Positions 50,817 to 62,048 of a stretch of DNA of 64,000 nt are shown in pieces (the stretch's first letter is position 1; each line of letters begins with the position of its first letter). The notes below the pieces were generated by a model, which was not told the origin of the DNA, searched no databases, and saw only the letters and a program-made list of their open reading frames with translations. This DNA comes from Raillietiella orientalis (taxonomy: Eukaryota): NCBI GenBank assembly GCA_036172245.1, contig JAYWIR010000008.1:3224001-3288000 (forward strand), in the 5' to 3' direction. The position numbers and the translations under genes were made by a program.

Positions 50817-51879
50817 GTGAGTCTTTTACTGTTTCGCTCCGCTCGAGGCCCGGCTGCAGGAAGGAAACTTCCGCTGTCTAGGCCAAGTCCCGGCTCGCGT
50901 CCGCGGATGTCCCCGTCCCATTCCCTCTTCCTGTCCTTTCCGTGCCACCCTAAGAGGTGCATTCGGCCGAGGAGCGACTCCCCGGAAGCGGAAGGTCTCC
51001 CGCTCATCCAGCTTCTGGAAGCTGCGACGCGCCTCCGTGGCGTCGGCAGGGATCCTGCGTATCGCGGCCTTCGCGGCGAAACGACCCACTAGCGCCCACT
51101 TCTCCCACAGGGGGCGGCCGCGCGAGAGGCCTCAGAAGAAACGAGCCGCCGCTCCTCGGAGTGTCCTTGAGACACTGCTCACCAGCAAGGAAACGGGGTG
51201 TGAAGGAGGCGGGAGTGGGGACGACGCTCGTGTCCTTGGGGTCCAGGGCAGCGGTCTCCCATCCTCCTAAGCGGAGGAGACCCGGTGAACTTTCCAGTGG
51301 CCTGCCTTTCGAACCGCGAAGGGACACGGGAGGGTCTCTGGCACTCGGGAGTTTCCTGGTACGCGGGATGTGCTACCCATCCGTCGTAGAGGCGGAGTCT
51401 ATCGCGATTCCAGGAAGATGCTCGAACCAGCTCCGTTTCCTGAACGACCCGAGGGATTATGCAGGACAAAGGGGGTCGCGATCTCCAATCCCTTCATCGC
51501 TCCAAGGTCCTGTCGTAAGAGCCGCACCCTAAGAGGACGTCCGTTCCCTTCCCCCCTCCCCAAACAACAGCTCGCGGCCGCACGCCCTCGTCAGAGATCC
51601 TGCAAGTTCTGGGAACTTTTCCCCTGGGAAGCTCCGGGAATTTCGTACGAGAGCAACGGGAACTTTGCAGTCCTCCTCGCTGCCGGGGCATACCCGGTGC
51701 CGGTTCAAGCAAGACCGAGCTGAAGAAGTCTAGGACCCAGGTTGGCCGTCGCGGGTTCGAATCCCTCCCGGAGAAGGAAGGACCGAGACGCCGAGAAATG
51801 GCGGTTGCGTCGGGTTTAGGCTCTCCCCAGCAAGATGATGCCTGCCAACCGGCATTACCTTGCTGGGGAAAGTGAGACA

Positions 51880-52580
51880 AACAAAAAGACAAAGAAAACA
51901 AAAAACAAAACAGAAAAATACAGTCAAAAAGACAAAAAGAGGGGGTGGGGGTAGGAAGGGATCACTGGGTGCTGGAGGATGCCGGCAAGTTCCTGTTTCA
52001 AGACTCCCAGATGGGGCCATCTAGACGCTGTCCTCACGAAGAGAACAGCAGAATAAACGGCGTCCCTGTCGTCCTGACCTCCTCTGGTGTTGCTGCTCCA
52101 TGCAGCCGCCACGGTCCCGCCGCGTGGGTAGCAGAGTGCTGTTAGGGACGGGGCCGGCGTGAGGGCGTCGCGCAGGAGGGGACGCTTCAAAACGTCTCTG
52201 GGGTTGCCCTCGGGAATCCGAAGGGACGTGGCGAAGCGTTCCCACATGGGGCACCCACTCCACGAGCAGGTGCGGGAGGGACTCTCTCACACCGCACTTG
52301 CTGTAGTTGGAGCTCACCTCCTCCCCCGGGTCGTCCGCGAGGTCGAGCACTCGGGATCGCAGCGTCAGTGGTCTCGCCCGTTGTCCACTCGCCCAGGCCT
52401 TTTCTCCTTCCGGAGATTTCCACAGCAACCTCCTCCCATCTAGCCGTAAGGCTGCTGCCGCCCATGTGTTCCCTAAGGGAGGGCAGCGCGGCGGCGAGGG
52501 AGGTTCTGCTTGTCCACGCACTCTTCGCGGGATCTTCCAGGATCTCCCGGAGCGTGCAGTTGTTGTTGCGCGCGTATAGG
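51880..52580 (-). mobile_element. 3' end of the same LINE family, copy 2
   Basis: Minus strand reads VSSNYSKCGVRESLPHLLVE...CP.WERF (degenerate CCHC). Alignable with 31120-31510 in the same orientation. Confidence 0.65.
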
Positions 52581-52634
52581 AAACGTCGCACCTGTTCCGC
52601 GCTTGGCTCCTGGATCCTCGCCCACCTGCGAATG

Positions 52635-53250
52635 GTTCCCTGTAGCCAGGCACCAACGTTCGCGGGTGCGGCACCGGTGGAAGCCGGAAACCCCCGGATG
52701 CTCCCTCTGATCGCTAACTGGCCGGGATTAGAAGTCGACCTTCCGAGACCCTTCCAGGAATCAAGGAGCCCTTCGGGGTTCTCCTCCGGTTGTGAGAATG
52801 GAGCCCTCCGTCGCATACCATGGAGCTGGGTTATACTCCCTCTCCCCCCAGGATGTTAGTCTCTCCAGAGTGTCAAGAAGGGCGCTGCTCCCTTCGGGGA
52901 GCGCCCTTCAGAGAGAAATTGGGAAGCTTCCCTTCAAGGTTCTCTTCGGAGGAGGAAACGAGGAGTGCATCCTTTCCGGGGGTCCCTTCGGAGAAGAAAT
53001 TCCAAGAGCATCCTTTCCGCGTTCCCTCCGGAGATAACCGGGACGAGGATGTGTTCCCTTCGGGGTTTCCTCCCAAAATTCAGATCGTGGACTCCTTCCT
53101 CCGGAGCTCTTTCTGGATTCCTAGGGTGGTCCCCTCTCAGGGTACCCCCTATAACTGGAAGAGTGAACACGCACCGCCGGGTGGCGTAGACGGTGCCGAA
53201 GAGCTTCGTGGGCCCTGCATGAGGGGGTGAGTGGTTCTTCAGCACTTTGC
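52635..53250 (+). mobile_element. SINE-like dispersed repeat family A, copy 4
   Basis: Alignable with copy 1 from gcac(c/t)ggtggaagc(c/t)ggaaacc to ggttcttcagcact. Confidence 0.7.
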
Positions 53251-53949
53251 GAAGCGGACGAAAACGCTAAATTTTTCATCAGCTCGCTGCACGCACCTTC
53301 GGCCGCTACCCCTTGGAGGGGCGCAGACTATCGGCTCCCCATGTGCAGCTGGGATCGCTCCCGAAAGCACTTATTATCCCCTGGAGACCCTCCTGTCATC
53401 CATTAGTAATGTTTTAATTCCTCGGGACCCTAATTGGTCTCTTCTTACAAGCCCCCCGTGTCATTAACGTGATGTAGCGAGGCAACTGGGCAGATTTTTC
53501 GTTTCTCGCCAGCGTCTTGCCATCCGGGCTGCACCTTCCAGATCGTTCCAGACCGCTGGGAAGAAACGATCGGATCACTGAGAGCGGGAAACGCTAGAGA
53601 AAAAGGGGGTGGGGGGAAGAGAGAAGGAAATCGTCTGGAGCGACCACCTCTTGCCTGGAAGGCAGGTGTCACTTCGGGTCAATCAGATCGCTCCGTGATG
53701 CGGCCGCGCGCAGGGAGCCATCTGGAGCTTTTGGTTGGCCGAAGGGACAGACACAGATCGTCCCCCGGCCAGCAACTCTCGTGGTGTTCCTGCTCGAGGA
53801 CGTGCACTGGGGCCGTCTCGGTGCAGCCGCCGGCTCGAGTGCGCCTCGAGTGATGCAGCTCTCCCGCCTGCCCTGCCCCGCGCTGCTGCCCGCATCCCAA
53901 CGGCCAAGGGGAGGCACGGCTCGTGTGAAAATGGGATGTAGCGTTTGCA

Positions 53950-56900
53950 CCCTCCCTCTGGCCTCCCGAGCCCACTTTCACTTCTTTCCTGACCCCGGAA
54001 CTCGCTCCGCTCTCCGTCTACTTCGCCGCCGCCGTCGCCAGCAGCGCACACCGGCAGGTGGGCCCGGTTTCCGTACGCGCGGAGCGCGAAAGTGCGCTGT
54101 CTTTCGGGGGCTGTGACCACCCCTCCATATTCCGGTGTGGAATCCGAGGAAGACGTCCGGCAAGGAGTGAATTCATCCAGGCAGCCGCCAATGGGTCTGC
54201 AGCAAGAAGATTGCGGTCTGTTCTTCCTCCGAATTGCACTGCGGGCTCGCTCGCAGCACCAAGGCCCATTCTTTTGGTGCCTACGATAATACACGGTCAT
54301 TTCAGAAGCTTTTGCTGCGACGGCCTTCCTGTTCTTTTCGTCTTTTAGCTTCTACTTCTCCTTCTTCTAATGCAGGCGGGGATCGTATGGGATGTACACA
54401 TCCCTGGTCACACGCGGATCAGTCGTTCCTTGGGCTCCTTCCTCAGCTAACAGCTTCATCTCGTGTTTAATGGCTTTCCGATCCGCTGCTTACGACGTGA
54501 CGCGTCCGTCTTCTACTATCTCCTGAACTCTGCCGGGATCCAAGTTGTGATACCTGCCGTCAGAGGACTCGCTGCCTTCTCTTCGATCGCGCAAAGCGCA
54601 GAGGGAGCGCAGGACCTGGCAGTGCTTTCGGATGGAGGATGCCGTGAATGATGCAGGTGTCTGGGGAAGGATGACTGGAAGAGAGTGGCCTCGAGGCTCC
54701 ACTTCCACAACGCCGAGACTGGCAGAAAGCGCTTCGCGACCTCAAGTGACACCGTGGGAGTCACCAATATGCGGTGTCATCGCGATGTCCACCACCTTCT
54801 GCTTCCGAAGGTCCCTCCCCATTCAACCCTTTCATCTGGTGAGTTCTCCGCCGCTATCCCATTCCCGTTTCCCTTTCTTTGGAAGAAGTCTTGCGTGACC
54901 AACGGGCAGTCGGCCACTCCCCACATCCGGAGCACCCCTTTCGGGACCCCCATCCTCCCGCCAAGGACGCCTCGCTCCGACCCGCGCTCGTCGCGACGGC
55001 GGTTGCTAGGATCTCTCTTTGCAATCCACGGCATCCTGCTTTTGGGTTTTCCCTCGACTGTTCACCGCGAGGTCTGGCGATGCCCCCCAGCTGCCCCATC
55101 ACGTGGTCTTCCCGGAAGAGGACTCTTCCCCGACTTTCCGCTTACCGGTGGGAAGTGCCCTCATTCCCCTCCCCCCTCTCCCGCTGATCCACACCAACAG
55201 AGCCTCGCCTTCCCCGCATCCCGACTCTCCCCAGAGCCCGTGGTCCCCGAGTAGAATCCAGTCTCCTCGGCAACCCCTCCCTCGCCAGTTCTCAGCTCCG
55301 CACGAGGCAGCCGCCCCCTGCAGGGCTTCCCTTCCGTCTCCGTGACGGCGGCGGAGCACGAAGGAAAACCCGTCAAGGGAGGAAAGCCGCTCGGGAGCCG
55401 CGGAGAGGGGGGACGGATGAACTCACTCTCTGCTGCTTGACAACCGTTCCGGAGGCGGAGAAGGAAGAGCGGGCAGCCATCCGCTCTGGCAGGCGGGGAA
55501 GACGAGCCGTCCCATCAAGCCGTCCCATCGTGGCGCAAAGGGAATCGCCGGGAGGTTCAGCCTTCTTCCGATTCTGACGGGAGCTGCCGTTCTATTCCGA
55601 TGTGGCGAAGCGGGTCGCTCCTTCGTCCTCTGAGCTTGCCTCCGTCGCCTGGCAACCGTCACCTAGTACTTCTCGACGACGGACACACCGGGTCGCAGAC
55701 CCAGTGCGTCCATCATCACCGCCGCTGCAAGCAACGGAGGACGTTTTCTCCCGTCCTGTTGGGGGGAAAAGGAGGAGGGACTTTGCAATACTCCTTCCAG
55801 GTGCCACTCCACGGACGGCGTCCATCTTCAGTCCACCAGAACCCTCGTCCTCACTTCACGGCGGGTGGGACTCAGGGCAGGTCTGGGCGCCACCGCGCGA
55901 GTGGCCTCCAGGCTTTCCCGGAAGGGAACGTGAGAACCGTCGGTCGGCAGGGGACGCCAATAGCAGACTCCAGGCAAGGAAAGCCCTCGGCGCCTGTCGG
56001 GTCTTTCCGAATCAGGGAGGATGGCAGGTGCAGAAGTCTTGAAGGGGAGGTACAGCCAGCCTTCCACCACCTCCGCATATCCCTCCCCAGGAAAACCTCC
56101 CCTTAGGGCACAACCTCCCTGCACGTTCCATCTTCGACAGGCGGACGGTCAAGTAGTAGAGGGGAGGGGGAGGCATTTGAAGAAGGAGGGTCCTGCGCAC
56201 TTAGTTTCTGACTAAGCCAGGGGGGCGGCGATCCCATTAGCTGCGCGGGTGTCCATATGGAGGAAATACTTTCCCTTGTCTTGTCCTTCACGATTGAGGG
56301 TGGGAGGAGGAGGTGAGATGCTGGAAGGACCCCTCGAAGACGTCTCCGCAGCGGGCTTCGTTTCGAGCGGGAACGGGGGGGGGCAAGTGCCGGCGGGCCG
56401 ATCGAGAATGAGAGCCCCTCTGGAGTGCCAGGCACCAACCCCTGGACGCTCACGCGCGCCGATCACATTAAATCGCGGTGGCTGGGGTGGCGCGCCGGGC
56501 AAGTGGGACTGCGAGCGCTCTTTGAGAAACGAGGCAGATGGCATCCTCCCCTTCGCCGATCGCAGCCGGACTTTGTTGCAGCGACGTCCTTCTTCCGAGT
56601 CCGGGAGGATCTTCGAGACTCGTTGATCCTCGGCTGTTCGAGGTTGGGTGGAACAAGTGAGGTCGCCCGATGAGGAGGGAACCGTAGGGATGTCCACCTC
56701 GTGGCCTCCGAGCACTCGAACCCAACGGTCACGGAAAACCCAGCGACACCTGGAAGCCAATTCGCTTCTGGAACGCAATCCTATGAGAACGGGACGCGCG
56801 CGTTGTTCCCGTCTAGGGACTTTTTTCAGGCACGGGTCTTCTCGAGCTTTCATCATGAAGCTCGGACTGCGCGTGCGGATTTCCTCTTCTTCTTCTTCTT

Positions 56901-58600
56901 CTTGCCTAACGTCAGTCTGACCCGCCTCGGGAATTGACGGTCAGGGAGCCTCGAACGGCTCGACACCGCGGCGTGCGCCACAGCCCCAGGAGGTCGGTTC
57001 GCTGCTGCAGGCCGACAGCCGGAATTAGCAACGGTCGCTGAGCTGGGAGGGCAAGCGATGGAACATCACGGGACGATGGAGCAGGGTGCCACTGGAGACA
57101 CGAAACCATTAGAAATAATGAAGCAGCCGGAAGAACGTGATGGAGGAAACAGAAAGCGGCAAAGTAAATGACGGCAGAATGATCGGTGGCAGCTGGAAAA
57201 ACGACGAGAACGGGCCGCAGAACATGGAACGATAGAACAAGCAAATTCTGTAGTCTGTTGTTGTTTTGCCGTCCGTCATTCTGCCTACATTGTCCTGTGG
57301 TTCATCGTGGTCGTTGGATCGCCCTGTGATGCAGCGTCGTGGCATTCATTATTCTTTTGCCAGCTGTCGTCTCGCCTGCCATTCAGTCAGCCACTGTTGC
57401 TCAGTTCCTTCCTCCTGGGCGGTTGTCGTGTTCTGTAGAGCCGAGGAGGCATTCTCCAAGGGCAACCAGCTCGAGTGACTTCCTCGGCGGTCGCGGAAAC
57501 GGCCGAGGGTGGCCTCCGCGTGCGATCACCGCAGAAATGAAGATGAGGGGTCGGGTGCTGTCAGAGGCTGCATAGGCGTCGGAGTCGTCTCTGGAGTTCA
57601 TCCGGAGTCGGCCGGGATGGCAGGATCGAGCGCGTCGCTTGCGGGTGGCGAAGTTGCCGTGGGCTCGAACGGGGATCAGGGCGTACGAAAAGCGGTGACC
57701 CAGGTGTCCAGCGGCGGTAACTGCGAAGTCCGTGTCCGCACGCACCAGCTGGCGACGCCGGGGTCCCCTCAATCATGAGAGGCTGTCGTCTTGTCTGATG
57801 GAGCGATGCAAGAGGGCAGCTCACCCTCCGCTTCGCCCCGGATACCACAGATGTCGCCGCCGGATTTTGATCTCCTCAGGCTCGGCTGTCCAGCAGTTCC
57901 GCTGACGCATCTCCCCCTTCGTCCATACTCGGAAGGCTCCCCCGCTCGCAGGCTGCCCCCTTCCAGGCCTTCCGCTTGTCGAGTTTCCCGCTCTCCAATC
58001 CGGAGTGTCGAATCCGCAGCTTACAAAGGCTTGAAGAAGATCCCATCCCCTGGTCTTCCCATCACACCACCACCCGACCCGGAGCTCCGCGAGACCGCTA
58101 CGGGAGACGCAGAGCACTTGAACGCCCTCTCGCGAAGGGAGCGAGCTCTTGGTATGACCGGGCCGCATGCCATTGTGCCCCTTGGGGTGCTCTGCTGCTC
58201 GGCGCGAGAGACAGAGGCAGTTCAAGCCCCTCCCCCTTGACTCCCTATTTCCGTGTGCAGAGCAGCATACCGCACGCCGCTCCCGAAGTCGCTGTCGTGG
58301 AGCCATCAAGGCGGACAGGAGGGTGCCACTCGAGGTACACACACGTGTCGCGCTGCGAAACCTCTTCGCCTTCCTCGTCTGCTCTAGGATCGTCTGGTTT
58401 TCCTCAGAAAAGTTCAGCGCAAGAGGTAACCATGACGGCAAACGCGAGATATCTCGTTCCCTGGTTCCGAAGGAGGGAGAAATGCGATCCAGAACGAGGG
58501 GCGCTTCCAAAAGACAAAGAATCCCATCGACCAGCTTCTCCGCCATTCCATGCTGAATCCCATTCTTCTACCGCCAGCGGCTCATTTGCTCGTCCACAAC
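53950..58600 (-). mobile_element. Long, fragmented RNase H-containing LINE ORF2 remnant
   Basis: Collinear minus-strand blocks: RT (EKLV..LCLLE..VL...F; SSLPSREGVQ) at ~58550-58100, post-RT (R...FLKERSQSHLPGA) at ~56600-56420, RNase H (CIIH..KAL; TWIPA..EIVE) at ~54750-54490. Many frameshifts and insertions. Confidence 0.45.
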
Positions 58601-59620
58601 TCCTCGTCTGTCATTGATCCGGTCCTTCGTTCACCGCTCCTCCATCCATTAGCTTTGCGGACACCCCCATTCGGTGGTCCAGCGTCCATTGTTCTCCTCG
58701 GTCGTTCACCACGCGGCCGTCCACCATTCCTCCGCACTTCCCCGGAGCACATCTGTCTCACCACCCAGTCCTTGTCTTCTCCCTCCGCGAGATGTGCTGC
58801 CCTTTGCGCGAGGTCCCGGGCGGCGCGCGCGGAGCCGTGCTCCCCCTTCTGGCGCGGTCTCCGGACGAGCCGTTGATCGTCCCGGAGCGCTGGAAGCGCG
58901 CCGAGATGAGTACTCTCTCTCCTCCTTCTGCTTCTGGTGTCGCAGATCCACTGCAGGAGCAGAGAATTCCCAGCTTTCTCGCTGCAGCCCGCGACTCTCC
59001 CCTCCGCTATTAATCAGGAGATGGCTGTTTGCACGAGGGGGAGGAGGCGCCTCCTAGCTCCCGCTCTCTCTCGTCCGCCGCCTCCACGACCGAGCAGGAG
59101 TGTTTCACTCCCCCGTCCTTCTCCCCTCCTCCCTTCTTTTCGCCAGCTGAACGACACGCGGCGTCACCTCCGTTCGCGGTTGGCCTCAAGGGAAAATTTT
59201 CATTTCGATGGAGAGCGCTGCAGAGATGCTCCGAGAGGAGGCGTCTATCGATCGCACGAGAGGAGCAGCCGCTGCCACCTGCGCGCTTCCCGTGAGCGGG
59301 ACGGCAGAAACAGCAGCGGGAGCACCAGGAGGGCGTCCCGGAAAGCTAAGCGCTCAAACAGCGAGGGCCGGCGGTGCCGAGTCGGACGCACATGCGAGGC
59401 TGTTGCGGTTCCGAAGGGGAGTCGCCCCACCCTCCTCTTCTTCCTTCCCTTCCCGGCTCCTCCCTCTCCGTCCGCGCGCTCACGCACATGCACCCTTCCT
59501 CACCCCCCCGGCAGAGGGAGGGAAGAGCGCGCGGCCGCGAGGGCGGGAGGGTTCGTCAAGCGGCGGCGGCGGCGGCAGTCCGGAACTCTCCGGCAAGGGA
59601 CTCCTGTGCTTCTCTTTTAG

Positions 59621-59675
59621 GAACGAGGAGCCGGCCCTATCCAGCATGGACATCTCCACCGGGCACGTCGTGCTG
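59621..59675 (+). CDS. IA-2: IA-2 exon: (W)NEEPALSSMDISTGHVVL
   Basis: Acceptor tctcttttag and donor gtgagt; 55 nt, phase 2-0. Contains the hallmark EEP....MDISTGH. Confidence 0.96.
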
Positions 59676-60249
59676 GTGAGTATCCTCCGCTCCCCGCCTT
59701 GCCCGCGCAAGCGCACGCCCCTCCTTCCGGCACCCGCGGAGCAGACTCGCGCAGGAGCCTCGTTAGAACTGAGCGGGCGCGGCGCCGTTGCCTGGTGACC
59801 ACAGCGCGTAAGAGGCAACGGCGGTTTCCGCAGACGCGTCCCTTCCTCTTCCTGCTGCGCGCCGCCCGCTCCCGCGTCAGGAGATGCAGGGAAAACGTTG
59901 GACGGAGAGCTGCCTGGGCGGAGTGGGGCGGCACCTCCTCCCACCTCGCCAAGCCGGGCTGAACCTCCGGGACCGACTCCGTGGCCGTCGTTCCTCCGTC
60001 GCTCTTCCATCCTCGCTCGCAGATGCTCGCTGTCTGCCTTCGGCCCTCTGCTCTCTCCGCACGCCGAAGGGTTTTCCCTTGCCGCCCTGCCGGCGTCTCG
60101 GCAAGAAGCGCTCTCGAGGAACCTGAGAAGAATGGACCATAGATGGAAACTCGCCAGTGGTCTCAACGACGGCGGAGTACTAAGTGGGGAAGGGCATTCG
60201 GAAGCTTTCCTTCTGGTCAGTGACCACTTCGCCGATACTTGGAGGCACC

Positions 60250-60685
60250 TTCTTGTCCTTCCTTCTCCTCTTCTCGTTTCTTTCTTCTCTGACTCCTGCC
60301 TTTGCCTCCTCCTCTTGCCCTTCCTCTTTGTCTTGTTCCTCTTCTTTCCTATGCCTTTCCATTCCTTTTCCTCCCTTGTCCTTCCTCTCTTTTCTTTCCT
60401 TCTCCTCCTGTCCTTCTCCTCCTTCCTACTCCTGTTCTTCCTCTCTTTACCCCTCTCCCCTCTCCTCCTCTTGTTCTTCCTCTTCGTCTTGTTTTTCTTC
60501 TTCCCCTCGTCCTTTTTTAATTCCTTTCCTTCTTGTACCCCTTGTTCCTTCCTTTCTTTTCCCCTCCTTTCTTTCTCCTGTCCTTCCTCTTCGACTTGTT
60601 TGTCTTGGGCCTCACATCTTTCCATTCCTTTTTCCTCCTGTCCTTCCTCATCTTTTCCTTGACTCTTACCCATTCTTCCTCTCCT
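60250..60685. repeat. Polypyrimidine (CT-rich) tract
   Basis: Strong C/T skew; it produces the spurious K/E/R-rich and F/L/S-rich ORFs. Confidence 0.9.
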
Positions 60686-60868
60686 GGCTGGCTCATCTCT
60701 CCGCTCTCCGCCGCAGTCGCTTTCTTCGGGCTACGCAGAATCCCGTCCTTTGGTCCCCTGTCTCCCCCGACATGACCTGTCCTGCTACAGGTCCCAGGAA
60801 GAGACTTCACTCGGTCCTTCCGACGACGAGGCACCAACGCTACACCCCCCTCCCCCATCTCCTTGCAG

Positions 60869-60973
60869 GCGTACATGGAGGATCACATCTGCAACCGTGA
60901 CAGGCTGGAGCGGGAATGGTGTGCCCTTTGCGCCTATGAAGCGGAGCCCAGCAGCACGAAGGTGGCCTCTAAG
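60869..60973 (+). CDS. IA-2: IA-2 exon: AYMEDHICNRDRLEREWCALCAYEAEPSSTKVASK
   Basis: Acceptor ctccttgcag and donor gtgagt; 105 nt, phase 0-0. Hallmark YMEDH..N.DRL..EW.ALC.Y.AEP. Confidence 0.97.
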
Positions 60974-61931
60974 GTGAGTCTCTCGTGCCGTACCCTCGGA
61001 CCTTCTCGGCCCCCGCCGGCCTCCAGGACGGATTCTTCTCCCCTTTCCGGAGAAAACGTCCGTCTTCTCCTCCAGGATGAGACAGGGAAAGGGAAGGGCA
61101 GATTCCTCTCCAAGCTCTTCCCCCCTGCCTCCATTTCCAATGTTCCGCCATCCCTCATTTTACGCCCCTACTCCTATGTGAAGTATTCCTTCCTGGAAGA
61201 AGGAGCAAAGGACCTTCGCACCCACCCTGCAGAGGAAGGGAGGAGACGCTCTCTCTCTCCTCCTCCTGGAACGGAGTGCACCTCTTCAGACCATCTTGAC
61301 CTGGAGTTCCCCTGCCAGGGAACGGATACGGCGGATGGGAAAACGCAGGGGATCCGCTCCCTCACTCCTGTCTCCTTGAAAACGGGCAGCCTTTCGGCTG
61401 GAAGGAGAGGGATCTTCATTCCTCCGTCATCCGCCTCCTCGAGTCGCGTGCAGATAGAGGGGCGAAGGGATGCGTCCAACGTCAAGAGGAGGGACAGAGG
61501 GGAAGGCTCGTAGAGGGATTTTTCTCCTTTCGCCGACCCCTTCCGTCATGGATGGGAGGAAGGAGGAAGAATGGCTCGAGGGACAGGGCCATTCCTCCCT
61601 CCATCCTTGCTCCCCGGACGGACTCTCCCTCCTCCTCCTCCCCGTACCCGTCGAGAACATCACCGGAAGCGGTTCCACCGGTGCCTCGCGCTTCGCATGT
61701 CCCCCCCCCCCTCCACTTTCGGGAAGGGTTTCGCGGGGCTGGTCCTCATGAGCAGAGGAACGCACTGTGGGCCGGTTTCCCTCCCCCCCTTGGGCGGGCC
61801 TTCGGCCTCCAAACTACTGGCCCTACGGATTCCCTTTGAACGCATCTCCCTCCTGAGGATTCTTGGCCGCCGGGCGCAGGCGGCGGAAGGGACCCCACCC
61901 AGCCTCCCTTCTCCTCCGTGTCTTCTTTCAG

Positions 61932-62048
61932 GAGCAGAACCAGAAGAAGAACAGGTACCCCGACATCCTCCCGTACGACCACTCCCGGGTGATCCTCAAC
62001 GCTTCGATGAACCAGAACTCGTCCGACTACATCAATGCGTCCAACATC
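61932..62048 (+). CDS. IA-2: IA-2 exon, start of PTP domain: EQNQKKNRYPDILPYDHSRVILNASMNQNSSDYINASNI
   Basis: Acceptor tcttctttcag and donor gtgagt; 117 nt, phase 0-0. PTP motifs KNRY, PYDHSRV and DYINAS. Confidence 0.97.

Larger units (their letters stand above)
6929..62048 (+). other. IA-2: IA-2/PTPRN-family receptor-type tyrosine phosphatase-like gene, partial (15 exons; 5' and 3' ends apparently outside the window)
   Basis: Fifteen GT-AG exons join in consistent phase. Domain order is RESP18-like Cys region, SEA-like ectodomain, TM, DYQ|DLCR, W|NEEP..MDISTGHVVL|AYMEDH, KNRYPDILPYDHSRV..DYINAS, which is diagnostic of the IA-2/phogrin family. Confidence 0.95.

Noticed and set aside
51705..51775. 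tRNA gene (B-box ggttcgaatcc at 51754-51764)
   Set aside because: No convincing acceptor stem or anticodon arm; at most a SINE-head remnant.
57060..57420. Possible old palindrome (purine-rich half followed by pyrimidine-rich half)
   Set aside because: Only 8-10 nt words pair (ggcagaatga, ataatgaa), which is too weak to call without alignment statistics.
59480..60900. K/E/R-rich and F/L/S-rich ORFs
   Set aside because: Translations of a polypyrimidine tract.
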